Shown: positions 42,924 to 52,684, numbered from the stretch's first letter. The stretch is 54,593 nucleotides of DNA from a virus (IMGVR_UViG_3300025769_000151:1-54593); one strand, 5' to 3'. Numbers and translations are program-made. The notes: a model not told the origin generated them from the sequence alone.

Positions 42924-43384
42924 GAAGACTAGGAACATCCACCGTCACCAAGCGTCGTAGCAAAAAGATTAGAAGGTCCGTAGCTCGCATTCAGTCGTAC
43001 ACGGTAACTACGTTCGGTGCGATTACTAGTCCTGACTTTACTCTTCAGTCTCCGCTAAACGGTATTATCTTTTACTTTTGGGTTGACCTTGCCAACGACT
43101 GGACAGGAGATTCAACCGACTACACCATCTCCGACCTTGTAATCACCAACACGACTACAGGAGGTGTCGACAATGTGGGTGCCGTTACCGGAAGCGGCGG
43201 AGGTGAAATCGCTACGTTGCGATATATCGGGCTGGGTACTTACAACATGACTGGGGCGGGTGGCTCTCCCGCTGGTCACAACGCGGGAGGCAACAACACG
43301 TTTAGGTTTACAGGAACTGTTCAGCAAGCTGGTTACGAGGCCGTAGCCTTTGATGAGTCAGTCACCATCTTCTCCAACAAGTAA
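42920..43384 (+). CDS. Beta-rich structural/accessory protein with a basic N-terminus
   Basis: MRRLGTSTVTKRRSKKIRR then a T/G-rich beta-sandwich-like region; ATGA coupling. Confidence 0.55.
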   Translation: MRRLGTSTVTKRRSKKIRRSVARIQSYTVTTFGAITSPDFTLQSPLNGIIFYFWVDLANDWTGDSTDYTISDLVITNTTTGGVDNVGAVTGSGGGEIATLRYIGLGTYNMTGAGGSPAGHNAGGNNTFRFTGTVQQAGYEAVAFDESVTIFSNK

Positions 43385-43527
43385 TGATAACAGTCACAGT
43401 AGATTCCAACATGACCACCTCCGCTCAGAAGGTTAGCTGGGCCGAAGGCATGCAAACAATTTTTCCTCAGTCAGACGGAACAGGTGTTTACGATGCCCTC
43501 CAAGACATCATTGACGAGAACTCATGA
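43384..43527 (+). CDS. 47-aa protein (absent from ORF track)
   Basis: MITVTVDSNMTTSAQKVSWAEGMQTIFPQSDGTGVYDALQDIIDENS*; coupled at both ends (TAATG, ATGA). Confidence 0.55.
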   Translation: MITVTVDSNMTTSAQKVSWAEGMQTIFPQSDGTGVYDALQDIIDENS

Positions 43528-43715
43528 ACACTGTAAAAAAATACAAGAAGGGCGGTCTTCAGGTTCAGAGCAAGAAGGTGAAAGTAGACCCTCCCAAGGG
43601 CTACCACTGGATGGAAGAGCAGGGCAGGTACTTTCTGATGAAGGGAGACTACAAGCCTCACCCGGGAGCTGTGGAGAAGGCGTCATTTAAGACCGTCACT
43701 CACGGGAAATCTTAA
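43524..43715 (+). CDS. Small basic protein
   Basis: KKYKKGG motif; PPKGYHWM...LMKG.YKPH pattern seen in small phage proteins. Confidence 0.65.
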   Translation: MNTVKKYKKGGLQVQSKKVKVDPPKGYHWMEEQGRYFLMKGDYKPHPGAVEKASFKTVTHGKS

Positions 43716-44142
43716 TCGCCTCCTCACCATCCAGCTTGCGGTAGAACCTCTGAACGAGGTGCCTAGCTTTAGGTGTTAGCCCGTACCTGTGCTTGTAGTT
43801 CGTCTTGGCCTCCTCCGTGAAGTACATGTCGGCCTCGCTTCCTGTGTCCACGTTGAACCTACGGTGGACCACGTGTATCAGTCCCTTCTTCATCATGGGT
43901 TGTAGCGTGCGCTCCCTGAACTTCTTGGGAGATGCGAACAACGACTCTGCGATGTGCGTTGCAGTAAAGAACTCGTAGTCGTAGCCAAACAACATCACCT
44001 GCATCTCTACTGGCCTAACGTCGTAATGCTGCAGCATGTCTGTCTCTGCGAGCCTTAGATACTTGAGGTAGTTCTTGTTCACGTACTTCTCGTGGAGGTA
44101 GGAGAACTCCCGCATTTTTCGCTCAGGTCTGTGTCTCTTCAT
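43696..44142 (-). CDS. MarR-like winged-helix protein
   Basis: EMQVMLF.YDYEFFT..HIAE...LQPMMKKGLI...YGLTPKARHLV.RFY. The only - strand gene in the late block. Confidence 0.6.
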   Translation of the reverse strand: MKRHRPERKMREFSYLHEKYVNKNYLKYLRLAETDMLQHYDVRPVEMQVMLFGYDYEFFTATHIAESLFASPKKFRERTLQPMMKKGLIHVVHRRFNVDTGSEADMYFTEEAKTNYKHRYGLTPKARHLVQRFYRKLDGEEAIKISRE

Positions 44143-44148
44143 TTTGAG

Positions 44149-44156
44149 TATATTTG
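44149..44156 (+). promoter_or_regulatory. -7 promoter box TATATTTG
   Basis: TAnnTTTG upstream of the ATG at 44176, back-to-back with the start of the wHTH gene. Confidence 0.6.
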
Positions 44157-44175
44157 TCTAGACAAAAAGAACACG

Positions 44176-45057
44176 ATGGGAACATCACTATCAGGCACTC
44201 AAATTAAGAACTCGTATGTTGGAATCCTCAAGGCTTCTGACAATACTGCTATCAGTAGTTCCCTGAAAACCATCACCGATGGGCAGGGTAACGACACCGC
44301 GCTGTCTGTGTCTACAGCTCAGGTAAAGGTAACGAATCTTCTGATTGATTCACCCGCAACCTCTACAAGCGACCAAATCCTAGTACGGGATTCCTCGACT
44401 GGATTGATTAGCACGCGCACCCTCCCCAACCTGAAGACTGTTCAGATTAGCACCAGCTCAGGTACTACCACTAATGGAAGTGGGAGCGCCATCGGCGTCA
44501 CAGTCACAGACTCTGGAGGTCACGCATCTACGGCCAACTTCCAGACAGGTGCGAACATGACCATCCGCTCTAGCGGAGCTCAGATGTCTTTCAAGTACGA
44601 CAACAGAACGACTGTAAACGTAACGGCTGCTAAGACCATCAACGCCTCCACAGAGGGAGGTGGTACAGTGTTCTTGGACTGCGCTAGTCTTAGCGGGGGT
44701 GCCCTTACGCTACCTGCGGCATCAACAGGCAGGTTCTTGCGTATCCTCGTCGATGTAGGCTCCAACACCGCATGCAACATCAACGCAGCGTCAGGTGACT
44801 ACTTCTACGGCGCAGTCACGCACGTCTCTACTACTGGAAACAAGACTGGTGTTCAGACTGTAACCCGTGCTACTGCATCGGCTTCTGTCTCTACATTCAA
44901 CCAGCTCACGCTGGACCAAGACAGTGATAACCTCGGAGGAGCAGTAGGGAGCTTCCTTGAGCTTACATGCTATGACGACGCCGGATGGCACGTCAGCGGA
45001 AAGCTCATTGGAAACTCTACCAACCCAACAGGCATCCTCGTAATCAACGGACAATAA
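44176..45057 (+). CDS. Virion fibre/spike-like structural protein
   Basis: S/T/G-rich, MGTSLSGTQIKNSY start, LTLPAASTG.F.I repeat-like domain. Confidence 0.55.
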   Translation: MGTSLSGTQIKNSYVGILKASDNTAISSSLKTITDGQGNDTALSVSTAQVKVTNLLIDSPATSTSDQILVRDSSTGLISTRTLPNLKTVQISTSSGTTTNGSGSAIGVTVTDSGGHASTANFQTGANMTIRSSGAQMSFKYDNRTTVNVTAAKTINASTEGGGTVFLDCASLSGGALTLPAASTGRFLRILVDVGSNTACNINAASGDYFYGAVTHVSTTGNKTGVQTVTRATASASVSTFNQLTLDQDSDNLGGAVGSFLELTCYDDAGWHVSGKLIGNSTNPTGILVINGQ

Positions 45058-45374
45058 TGACAACCATGGACCCCACCCTCAAAGAGCTCTTCATCACGGA
45101 AGTGGCTGAAGTTTTGGCGCAGCTTGAAGACGTCATCGAGAAGTATCAGGTAAACGAAAGGGTGGCATACATCTTTGGGCTCGGCATCGTCGACGACATC
45201 CCAGAGATTGGTCCCGCTTGGCAGGTAGCCAGCAAGTGGCACGTAGACAGCCCGGAAGAACTTGCCGAGTTGTTCTCAGCCATCATGGCCTCTTACGAAA
45301 AGATTACCGAAGAAGATGATGACATCGACTTAGATGACATCGACCTAGGAGACCTAGGCTTCAACCTCAACTAA
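45057..45374 (+). CDS. Acidic hypothetical protein
   Basis: TAATG-coupled start MTTMDP; D-rich tail. Confidence 0.55.
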   Translation: MTTMDPTLKELFITEVAEVLAQLEDVIEKYQVNERVAYIFGLGIVDDIPEIGPAWQVASKWHVDSPEELAELFSAIMASYEKITEEDDDIDLDDIDLGDLGFNLN

Positions 45375-45378
45375 TACA

Positions 45379-45618
45379 ATGGAAAATTTAATCAGGAAAA
45401 TCGTCATCGGTCCTAACCCGAAGGATGCGATGGCGTACTACGTCGGCATGAAAGCTGGCGCAGGAAAGGTTGTTCTCATCGAGGAGGATGACCGCGCTAT
45501 GTTCAAGTACAACATTCGTAGGTACAACATCTACACTCAGGACAGTGAATCGTCCTACCTGTGGAAGACTGTGGAGAACACCCCAGTCATTGTTGAATAC
45601 GATTGTAACTTTGAATGA
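45379..45618 (+). CDS. Conserved hypothetical protein
   Basis: IRKI.IG...KDAMAYYVG...LWK....P..VEYD.NF; precedes the GroES-like gene. Confidence 0.65.
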   Translation: MENLIRKIVIGPNPKDAMAYYVGMKAGAGKVVLIEEDDRAMFKYNIRRYNIYTQDSESSYLWKTVENTPVIVEYDCNFE

Positions 45619-46205
45619 AGGCGCTGTATCACTTCGTGGTGAAGCTTGAGAAGACTCATCACGACACCATCGAGCTGGACAACGGCACGGAGCTCTACGT
45701 AGACCCTAAGTGGAAGGAGTTCGAGCGACGCGTCATGTACGGTGAGGTGACGTCAACCCCAGTCAAGTACGACGTGGATGTCAAGCCGGGAGACACTCTG
45801 TTCTTCCACCACCACGTAGTCATGTCTGATGCCCTGAAGATTCAGGTGGACGACGAGGACAGGTTCATTGTAGGATACGACCCAGACAACACCCTTGGCT
45901 GCCATGCGATTGCTTACCGCAGCAAGGAGACTGGTGAGCTGCACATGCTCGCGGACTGGGTGTTCCTGCAGCCACTCGAGGAGGACGAGCCAGATGAGAA
46001 CGAGATTATCGTGGTAGACCTCAAGCCCAAGACACACCTCAAAGCAAAGGTATTCTGCTGCCCCAAGGACATGATTACTCAGGGTGTAAAAGCAGGAGAC
46101 ATCGTTGGGTTCAAGAAGAACCGAGACTACGAGATGCGTTTGGAGGATGACACCACCGTGTTCCGTATGCGCTCAGAAGAAATGATGTATGTCGAGGAAG
46201 CCTAA
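45615..46205 (+). CDS. GroES/Cpn10-like protein (two tandem domains)
   Basis: FVVK...GEV..TP....VKPGDTLFFHH and DWVFLQP...GVKAGDIVGF...MRSEEM. Confidence 0.6.
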   Translation: MKALYHFVVKLEKTHHDTIELDNGTELYVDPKWKEFERRVMYGEVTSTPVKYDVDVKPGDTLFFHHHVVMSDALKIQVDDEDRFIVGYDPDNTLGCHAIAYRSKETGELHMLADWVFLQPLEEDEPDENEIIVVDLKPKTHLKAKVFCCPKDMITQGVKAGDIVGFKKNRDYEMRLEDDTTVFRMRSEEMMYVEEA

Positions 46206-46482
46206 GTTCGAGACAATCGAGGCTTCTCGCAGGCTGATGGATAGCATGGCTGTCGCAATCAACAACATGATTGAGGAGGTCAAGCGACCCGTCGACCCAG
46301 AGGCGGGCGGCGCTGCTCGTAAGGCTGAGCTCCAGTCTATCAAGCAGACCGCTACCGATTGCAAAGAACTGCTAATCGAAAGGCAACGTCTGGAGCAGAT
46401 GGTCAAGGACCTGAACGAGAACGGAGCCATCGACGACGCAAAGGATTACTCAGGCGGATTCGCAGAAAGGTTTAGCAAGTGA
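46189..46482 (+). CDS. Putative terminase small subunit
   Basis: Helical 97-aa protein directly upstream of TerL; ends GFAERFSK. Confidence 0.55.
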   Translation: MSRKPKFETIEASRRLMDSMAVAINNMIEEVKRPVDPEAGGAARKAELQSIKQTATDCKELLIERQRLEQMVKDLNENGAIDDAKDYSGGFAERFSK

Positions 46483-48620
46483 CGGGGCTGGTAGACATAG
46501 AGAAGTACGACGAGCCAGTCGTATCCATTTGCCCACGCGGCACAATCGGGGAAGTCATTGACATCTCCGGGCTTCCTATCTGTCTGCCCAAGAAGCCACC
46601 GAAGAAAGAGATTGCAGGCCACGACCTGCCAGACCACTTGCAGATGTGGAACAGGAGCGAGATAGCACCAGAGCTTGCTCGCATCAAGTCCATGGACGAG
46701 TGGTATGAAATGCCCAAGGAGTTTCGCCAGAGGTTCTCTCCCTTCATTGAGGAGGAGTTCCGCAGAAGGCGCGAGGGCTACTGGTTCTACAACAACGGAG
46801 AACCTACATACATCACTGGGCGTCACTACATGATGCTTCAGTGGAGCAAGATAGACATTGGCTATCCTAGTTTCCTAGACTTCCAACGGAGGCTCTTCAT
46901 CCATCAGGCCGCGTGTGAGGCTGACCCCAGATGCCTTGGTCAACTATATACCAAGTGTCGTCGCTCAGGGTACACGAACATGTCCGCCTGCGTTCTAGTT
47001 GATGAAGCCACACAGGTCAAGGACAAACTTTTGGGTATCCAGTCGAAGACGGGTAAGGACGCGCAGGAGAACGTCTTCATGAAGAAGGTCGTAGCTATCT
47101 TCAAGTCCTACCCGTTCTTCTTTAAGCCTATCCAAGACGGTACCACCAACCCGCGTATGGAGTTGGCGTTCAGAGAACCGTCGAAAAGGATTACCAAGAA
47201 CAACAAGACCTCTGTCAAAGGGGATGCCCTGAACACAATCATCAACTGGAAGAATACCACCAACAATGCCTACGATGGTGAGAAGTTACATATCTTGTAT
47301 CTAGATGAGGCAGGCAAGTGGGAGAAACCAACAGACATCAGAGAAGCATGGAGGATACAACGGACTTGCTTGATTGTGGGACGCCGTGTTATCGGGAAGG
47401 CGCTTGTGGGCAGCACCGTCAACCCGATGGACAAAGGTGGTCAAGAATACAAAGAGCTTTGGAAAGATTCAGACCCACAAGAACGCAACAAAAACGGAAG
47501 GACAACCTCAGGATTGTACAAAATCTTCATTCCGGCTTACGAAGCCTTAGAGGGATTCTTCGACAAGTACGGGAAGCCAATCATCGAGACTCCGGAGCAG
47601 GAGGTGGAGACACTGGACGGGGAGACCGTAGAGATAGGCGCAAGGGAGTTTCTAAAAAACGAAAGGGACGCTCTCAGGCATGACGCCCGGGAGATGAACG
47701 AGATTGTTCGTCAGTTCCCCTTCACTACAGACGAGGCGTTCCGAGATAGCGTCGAAGGCTCTCTGTTCAACATCGGAAAGATTTATGAGCAGATTGACCA
47801 CAACGAGAACATGTACCCAGACCCCGTGGTGCGTGGCAACTTTACATGGAAAGGAGGCGTAAGGGACGGAGAGGTTGTATTCGTTCCAAGCTCTGAGGGG
47901 AGGTGGTTCGTATCATGGATGCCACCTGCAGACCTCAGGAACCTCAAGGTTTCCGAACGGGGCAAACGCATTGCGCCAAACAAACTCATTGGCTGTGGTG
48001 GTGTTGACTCTTATGACATCGACGCCACTACGGACGGGAGGGGTTCTAAGGGAGCATGTCACATCTACAACAAGTTCAACATGCGGGCCCCCTCTAACAT
48101 GTTTGTTGCAGAGTACTGCTCCCGCCCTCCTATGGCGAAAATCTTCTACGAGGACATCCTGATGGCGGCTGTGTTCTACGGCTACCCGCTCCTCGTGGAG
48201 AACAATAAGTACGGCATCGTAAGATACTTTGAATCAAGGGGTTACGACGGTTACTTGTTGGACAGACCGCAACACCTGACTACCACAGGTTCCGTTGTGA
48301 CTAAAACTAAAGGCATCCCGTCCAACTCACAGGATGTCATCCACACTCATGCACAAGCGATTGAAGACTACATACACAACCATGTGGGAATCAATGAGAG
48401 AGGAGAGATTGGTAGGATGTATTTTAACCGTACACTTGAGGACTGGATTGGTTACCGTATCGACAACCGGACTAAGTTTGACTTGACCATTAGTGCAGGT
48501 CTTGCTCTGCTCGCAGCGCAGACTGTTGTGCAAAAGAAAAAGCCAGCTGATTTTACAGGTAAAAAGTTTTTCCGCAAGTACACCTACACACCCGGCGGGG
48601 TCTCCAAGCCCGCTAAGTGA
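46479..48620 (+). CDS. terL: Terminase large subunit
   Basis: KCRRSGYT (Walker A variant), YLDEAGKW (Walker B), GSTVN, nuclease GGVDSYD, LVENNK, FDLTISAG. Confidence 0.9.
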   Translation: MTGLVDIEKYDEPVVSICPRGTIGEVIDISGLPICLPKKPPKKEIAGHDLPDHLQMWNRSEIAPELARIKSMDEWYEMPKEFRQRFSPFIEEEFRRRREGYWFYNNGEPTYITGRHYMMLQWSKIDIGYPSFLDFQRRLFIHQAACEADPRCLGQLYTKCRRSGYTNMSACVLVDEATQVKDKLLGIQSKTGKDAQENVFMKKVVAIFKSYPFFFKPIQDGTTNPRMELAFREPSKRITKNNKTSVKGDALNTIINWKNTTNNAYDGEKLHILYLDEAGKWEKPTDIREAWRIQRTCLIVGRRVIGKALVGSTVNPMDKGGQEYKELWKDSDPQERNKNGRTTSGLYKIFIPAYEALEGFFDKYGKPIIETPEQEVETLDGETVEIGAREFLKNERDALRHDAREMNEIVRQFPFTTDEAFRDSVEGSLFNIGKIYEQIDHNENMYPDPVVRGNFTWKGGVRDGEVVFVPSSEGRWFVSWMPPADLRNLKVSERGKRIAPNKLIGCGGVDSYDIDATTDGRGSKGACHIYNKFNMRAPSNMFVAEYCSRPPMAKIFYEDILMAAVFYGYPLLVENNKYGIVRYFESRGYDGYLLDRPQHLTTTGSVVTKTKGIPSNSQDVIHTHAQAIEDYIHNHVGINERGEIGRMYFNRTLEDWIGYRIDNRTKFDLTISAGLALLAAQTVVQKKKPADFTGKKFFRKYTYTPGGVSKPAK

Positions 48621-48627
48621 TTTTGTT

Positions 48628-48635
48628 TATATTTG
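48628..48635 (+). promoter_or_regulatory. -7 promoter box TATATTTG
   Basis: TAnnTTTG in the gap before the portal gene. Confidence 0.6.
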
Positions 48636-48660
48636 CACATTGCCTGTAATACAGTAAGTA

Positions 48661-51102
48661 ATGAAGGGTCACCACAAGCCAAAGTCGTATGCACAGTTCC
48701 CGGACCCAATGGCTCCGGCTTCCGTCAAGGCAAGCGAAGACTATGGTATTTCCTATGCTAAATCTATCGAGGCACAGTGGGGTGGTCTGGACGACTTTTC
48801 TACAGGCTTCGGCAAGCGATTGGTAGAGTTCCAGCGCAACCGAGACTATGCCAACGGTACGCAGGATACCGCAGTCTACAAGCAGATTCTCAACAGCATG
48901 GACACCCAAGGGGGTGACGGAACGCTGCTGAATCTCGACTGGTCGCCTGTACCAATCATTCCTAAGTTCGTTAGGATTGTAGTCAACAAGATTCTCTCTC
49001 GCAAGTTCCGACCAAACGTAGAGGCCATCGACCCAATGTCGAAGGATGAGAAAGAGAAGAAGAAGGTTCTGGCCAAGTTTGCTATTGAAGAAAGAGAGGT
49101 CATCGAAGAAGCGAAGGCACTCGGACTCAAGACGGCAAGCGTGCCAGAGGGGTTGCCGAACAACTCTGAGGAGGCTGAGATTTACTTGGCTGATAGTATT
49201 AAGACTAGTGCTGAGGTGGCAGCTCAACTTGCCACTAAGCTCACTCTCGACTGGAATGACTTTGATGACAACGTATTCCGCCGTGCTGTGGAAGACCTTG
49301 TGGTCAACGGTATGGCTGTGGTTAAGAGAAGCAATGACCCGAGCTACGGAATCAAGACGGAGTATGTAGACCCGGCGCAGTTCATTCACTCTAGCACGGA
49401 AGACCCGAACTTCTCTGACATTGTCTACGCAGGCCACGTCAAGCGCGTGTCGATTCAGGACCTGAAGCGCATGGCGGGGACAGACATCCCCGAGGAGGAG
49501 TATCAGAAGATTGCGAAGTCTGTGATGAACCGAAGCTACAACAACGCCTCCCAGTTCAATCAGACGGTGTATGACAGAAGCCGTGGCGCTCATGTCTACG
49601 GCTACGATGAATACTTGGTTGACGTCTTGGACTTCGAGTTCCTCGGCGTCGACGATATGATTTACGAGGAGAAGACCTCGCAGTTTGGAAACATCGGTTT
49701 CTACTACAAGGGCGAGAGCTACAAGCTCCCTAGCGACTCAGTGTACGACAGACAGATTCACACCATGCCCAACATGTGTGTGTACGGCGGCTCGTACGTT
49801 ATCGGTAGCGGACTTCTCTTCAACTACGGCATGAAGCGGGACATCCCGAAGAACATGCACGACCTCACACGCGCTCGTCTTTCGTACAGCGTTGTGGCAA
49901 CGAACTTCCGTCGTCAGATGCCCAAGTCTATGGTGTCGTCTGTCATCGGCTTTGCTGACCAGCTTCAGCTTACTCACCTCAAGATTCAACAAGCCATTGC
50001 CAAGGCTAAGCCTGATGGTTTGATTGTAGACATCGAGGGCCTCGAGAATGTGTCTCTGGGTAACGGTGGAGAGCTTCAGCCTCTCGACATTCAGGACATC
50101 TACGAGCAGACAGGTGTCTTCTACTACAGAAGTAAGAACCCAGAGGGTGGCTTCCAGAACCCGCCTGTGCGTCCGCTGGACAACACCATTCGGAACATCA
50201 ACGAGCTGATTGGTTTGTACAACCACTACCTCCGTATGATTCGTGACGTCACGGGTGTCAACGAGGTTCTCGATGGTAGCTCACCAAAGGCCGATGCTCT
50301 TGTGGGTGTGCGTCAGCAGCAGCTTGCTGCAGGCAACAATGCCATCAACGACATCACCAACGGTGCGTCTGTTCTGTACAAGAGAGTGTGCGAGGACGTG
50401 GTCAAGTGCCTTCAGGTCTTGCCACCAGAGTCCATCATCTACGGGGCATACGAGAGAGCCATCGGAAGCACAAGCATGGAGATTCTTTCTTCGTTTGCTT
50501 CTCTGCCACTTCACAACTACGGTGTGATTGTTGAGCGAGAGATGTCAGACGAAGCCAAGTTGTTACTCGAACAAAACATCCAACAGTCACTTGCACAGAG
50601 AGAGATTGACCTTGAGGATGCTATGGCAATCCGTCGTCTCAAGGATTTGGACCAAGCAGAAAGACTCCTCATCATCCGCCGTAAGCGCCGCATCACCGCG
50701 TTGCAACAACAACAGCAGCAACAAATGCAAATGCAAGCACAGGTGAACATGCAGGCCCAGCAGGCCGCAGCACAGATGCGTATGCAGGAGGTGCAGATGA
50801 AGGCGCAGGCTGACCTGCAGAAGATTCAGGCTCAAGGTCAGGTTGACATGCAGCTGATGCAGATGCGTCAGCAGGTAGAGAGTCAGCTCCAGATGGCTAA
50901 GTTGCAGATGAGCTCACAGTCTCAGGCAGCGGACAAGCAGTTCCGCATGAACCTAGAGAAGAGCAAAGATGACAGAAAAGACTCCCGCGTTGAGAAGCAA
51001 GCTGTGGCTCAGTCCAAGCTTATCTCTCAGCGCAAGGGTACACGTCCTGAACTTGAAAACCAAGACAGCAGGGACATCATCCAAGAACTGATGAGGCGAT
51101 GA
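48661..51102 (+). CDS. Portal protein
   Basis: Follows TerL; LNLDWSPVPIIPKFV.IVVN, IRDVTGVNE..DGS.P, Q/M-rich C-terminal barrel coiled coil. Confidence 0.9.
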   Translation: MKGHHKPKSYAQFPDPMAPASVKASEDYGISYAKSIEAQWGGLDDFSTGFGKRLVEFQRNRDYANGTQDTAVYKQILNSMDTQGGDGTLLNLDWSPVPIIPKFVRIVVNKILSRKFRPNVEAIDPMSKDEKEKKKVLAKFAIEEREVIEEAKALGLKTASVPEGLPNNSEEAEIYLADSIKTSAEVAAQLATKLTLDWNDFDDNVFRRAVEDLVVNGMAVVKRSNDPSYGIKTEYVDPAQFIHSSTEDPNFSDIVYAGHVKRVSIQDLKRMAGTDIPEEEYQKIAKSVMNRSYNNASQFNQTVYDRSRGAHVYGYDEYLVDVLDFEFLGVDDMIYEEKTSQFGNIGFYYKGESYKLPSDSVYDRQIHTMPNMCVYGGSYVIGSGLLFNYGMKRDIPKNMHDLTRARLSYSVVATNFRRQMPKSMVSSVIGFADQLQLTHLKIQQAIAKAKPDGLIVDIEGLENVSLGNGGELQPLDIQDIYEQTGVFYYRSKNPEGGFQNPPVRPLDNTIRNINELIGLYNHYLRMIRDVTGVNEVLDGSSPKADALVGVRQQQLAAGNNAINDITNGASVLYKRVCEDVVKCLQVLPPESIIYGAYERAIGSTSMEILSSFASLPLHNYGVIVEREMSDEAKLLLEQNIQQSLAQREIDLEDAMAIRRLKDLDQAERLLIIRRKRRITALQQQQQQQMQMQAQVNMQAQQAAAQMRMQEVQMKAQADLQKIQAQGQVDMQLMQMRQQVESQLQMAKLQMSSQSQAADKQFRMNLEKSKDDRKDSRVEKQAVAQSKLISQRKGTRPELENQDSRDIIQELMRR

Positions 51103-51404
51103 GTAAAGAGGCGATGAGAGAGCGCGTCAAGCGCATGCTCAAGAAGCACGGACTCAAAGGCGTCAACAAACCAAAGGCTACACCAAGCCACCCCAAGAAG
51201 TCACACATGGTGTTGGCAAAAGAGGGTGACAGAGTTAAGCTCATCCGCTTCGGCGAGAAGGGCGCGAAGACCGCAGGCAAGCCTAAGGCCGGAGAGTCTG
51301 ACAAGATGAAAAAGAAGCGTGCAAGCTTCAAGGCTAGACACGCCAAGAACATTAAGAAAGGCAAGATGAGCGCTGCCTACTGGGCTGACAAAGTCAAGTG
51401 GTAA
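51099..51404 (+). CDS. Conserved basic phage protein
   Basis: HPKKSH.VLAK.GD.VKLIRFG...RASFKARH...SAAYWADKVKW. Confidence 0.7.
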   Translation: MSKEAMRERVKRMLKKHGLKGVNKPKATPSHPKKSHMVLAKEGDRVKLIRFGEKGAKTAGKPKAGESDKMKKKRASFKARHAKNIKKGKMSAAYWADKVKW

Positions 51405-51411
51405 TGTTTCA

Positions 51412-51419
51412 TATATTTG
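51412..51419 (+). promoter_or_regulatory. -7 promoter box TATATTTG
   Basis: TAnnTTTG in the gap before 51436. Confidence 0.6.
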
Positions 51420-51435
51420 CATCAAAGAATAACTA

Positions 51436-51828
51436 ATGGCAACAGTAACCGCACAACTATCCCTGACGAGCACAGACTTGCTGTCTGAGTCGCTGGGAAT
51501 CAGTGTGTCTATGGAAACCACTGCAGCTAACACTACAGGCTTGGCACGTAGACCCGTGACGGCTACCGCTGTTGGTGCAGGTGCAACTACATTGTACACG
51601 GCATCTGATTTCTCAGCCCCTGCGTACTTGTACGTCAAGAACACAGACAGTACGGCTTCCGACTACATCTACGTGTACGACGGGACCACGGCAGGCAACC
51701 CTGTCATTTTGAAGCTGGCTGGCGGCGACTTCGCTATCATGCCGCTCAATGCAGGCATTGACATTAAAGCGTACGCGACTACCAACCCTACGTTGGTTGA
51801 GTTCATGGTTTACGGAACTGACGCCTAA
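51436..51828 (+). CDS. Putative structural (capsid auxiliary) protein
   Basis: A/T-rich beta protein, AYLYVKNTD...L.GGDFA..P; located in the head module. Confidence 0.55.
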   Translation: MATVTAQLSLTSTDLLSESLGISVSMETTAANTTGLARRPVTATAVGAGATTLYTASDFSAPAYLYVKNTDSTASDYIYVYDGTTAGNPVILKLAGGDFAIMPLNAGIDIKAYATTNPTLVEFMVYGTDA

Positions 51829-51838
51829 CATCTAAGAC

Positions 51839-52660
51839 ATGGGATTTCAAAGACACGATGTAAAGAACGGTAGCAGATTCCTCGGCAGAGACGAGGCTAC
51901 CAACCGGATGCTCACGGGCGGAACTCAAACAATCATCTTGCGTGGTAACACCAGCGGAGAAAAAGATTTCGAGGCTGGCAAAGTCTTGAAGGACGAGACT
52001 GTGCCTGTTGACATGGACGGCACCAACGGATGGGTGTATGACTCTTCCAACGATTACTACAAAGTAAAGATTGGTACGACATCGACCGTCAAGACGGTGA
52101 ACATGTACGGGGAGGAGGCAACCTTCGCCGCTCACTGTTTCCTCAAGGGCGCCAAGGTTGTGGTAAACTCCAACACCTTCCCTGAGTACTCAGGCACCTA
52201 CTCGTTGGTCGAAGCCGCCGTTGTCTCAACCAACTGCTTTTTGTACCTCGCACCAGATTCACCGCGCCACGTCTTCGGCGATGCGGACTTGGGTGTTGAG
52301 CTTCCAGACATTACTGCTACAGCAAACGACAACAAAATCAACGTGACCGTTTTGCCATTCTCTCCTGCTTTCTGCGTGGAGATGCTTGGTGTTGACGGTG
52401 TTGATGCAGGTACAGATGATGCTCGCACTACTCCAGCTACGTTTAGAATGAACAACATAGCGGGTACTAGAGAGGTGTCAATCGACTACCCAGACGGTCA
52501 GGTGGTGTACGGTGAGATTACTCACTTCACGCCTCAGGCCGTCAACACGCACTACGCCATCCTTTACTGTCAGGCCACTCCATCCTTGGAGTTCTCTCCT
52601 TACAACAAGCAAGGAAAGATTTTGGCCGCAGGAGCTAAGGGGGCGCCTAAAGCACGATAA
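51839..52660 (+). CDS. Putative structural protein
   Basis: 273-aa beta-rich protein in the head module. Confidence 0.5.
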   Translation: MGFQRHDVKNGSRFLGRDEATNRMLTGGTQTIILRGNTSGEKDFEAGKVLKDETVPVDMDGTNGWVYDSSNDYYKVKIGTTSTVKTVNMYGEEATFAAHCFLKGAKVVVNSNTFPEYSGTYSLVEAAVVSTNCFLYLAPDSPRHVFGDADLGVELPDITATANDNKINVTVLPFSPAFCVEMLGVDGVDAGTDDARTTPATFRMNNIAGTREVSIDYPDGQVVYGEITHFTPQAVNTHYAILYCQATPSLEFSPYNKQGKILAAGAKGAPKAR

Positions 52661-52684
52661 GTAACACACCCAAAATTTAATTAA

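Noticed and set aside
50700-50940. CAG/CAA-rich low-complexity tract
   Set aside because: It encodes the Q/M-rich C-terminal coiled coil expected in podoviral portal proteins.
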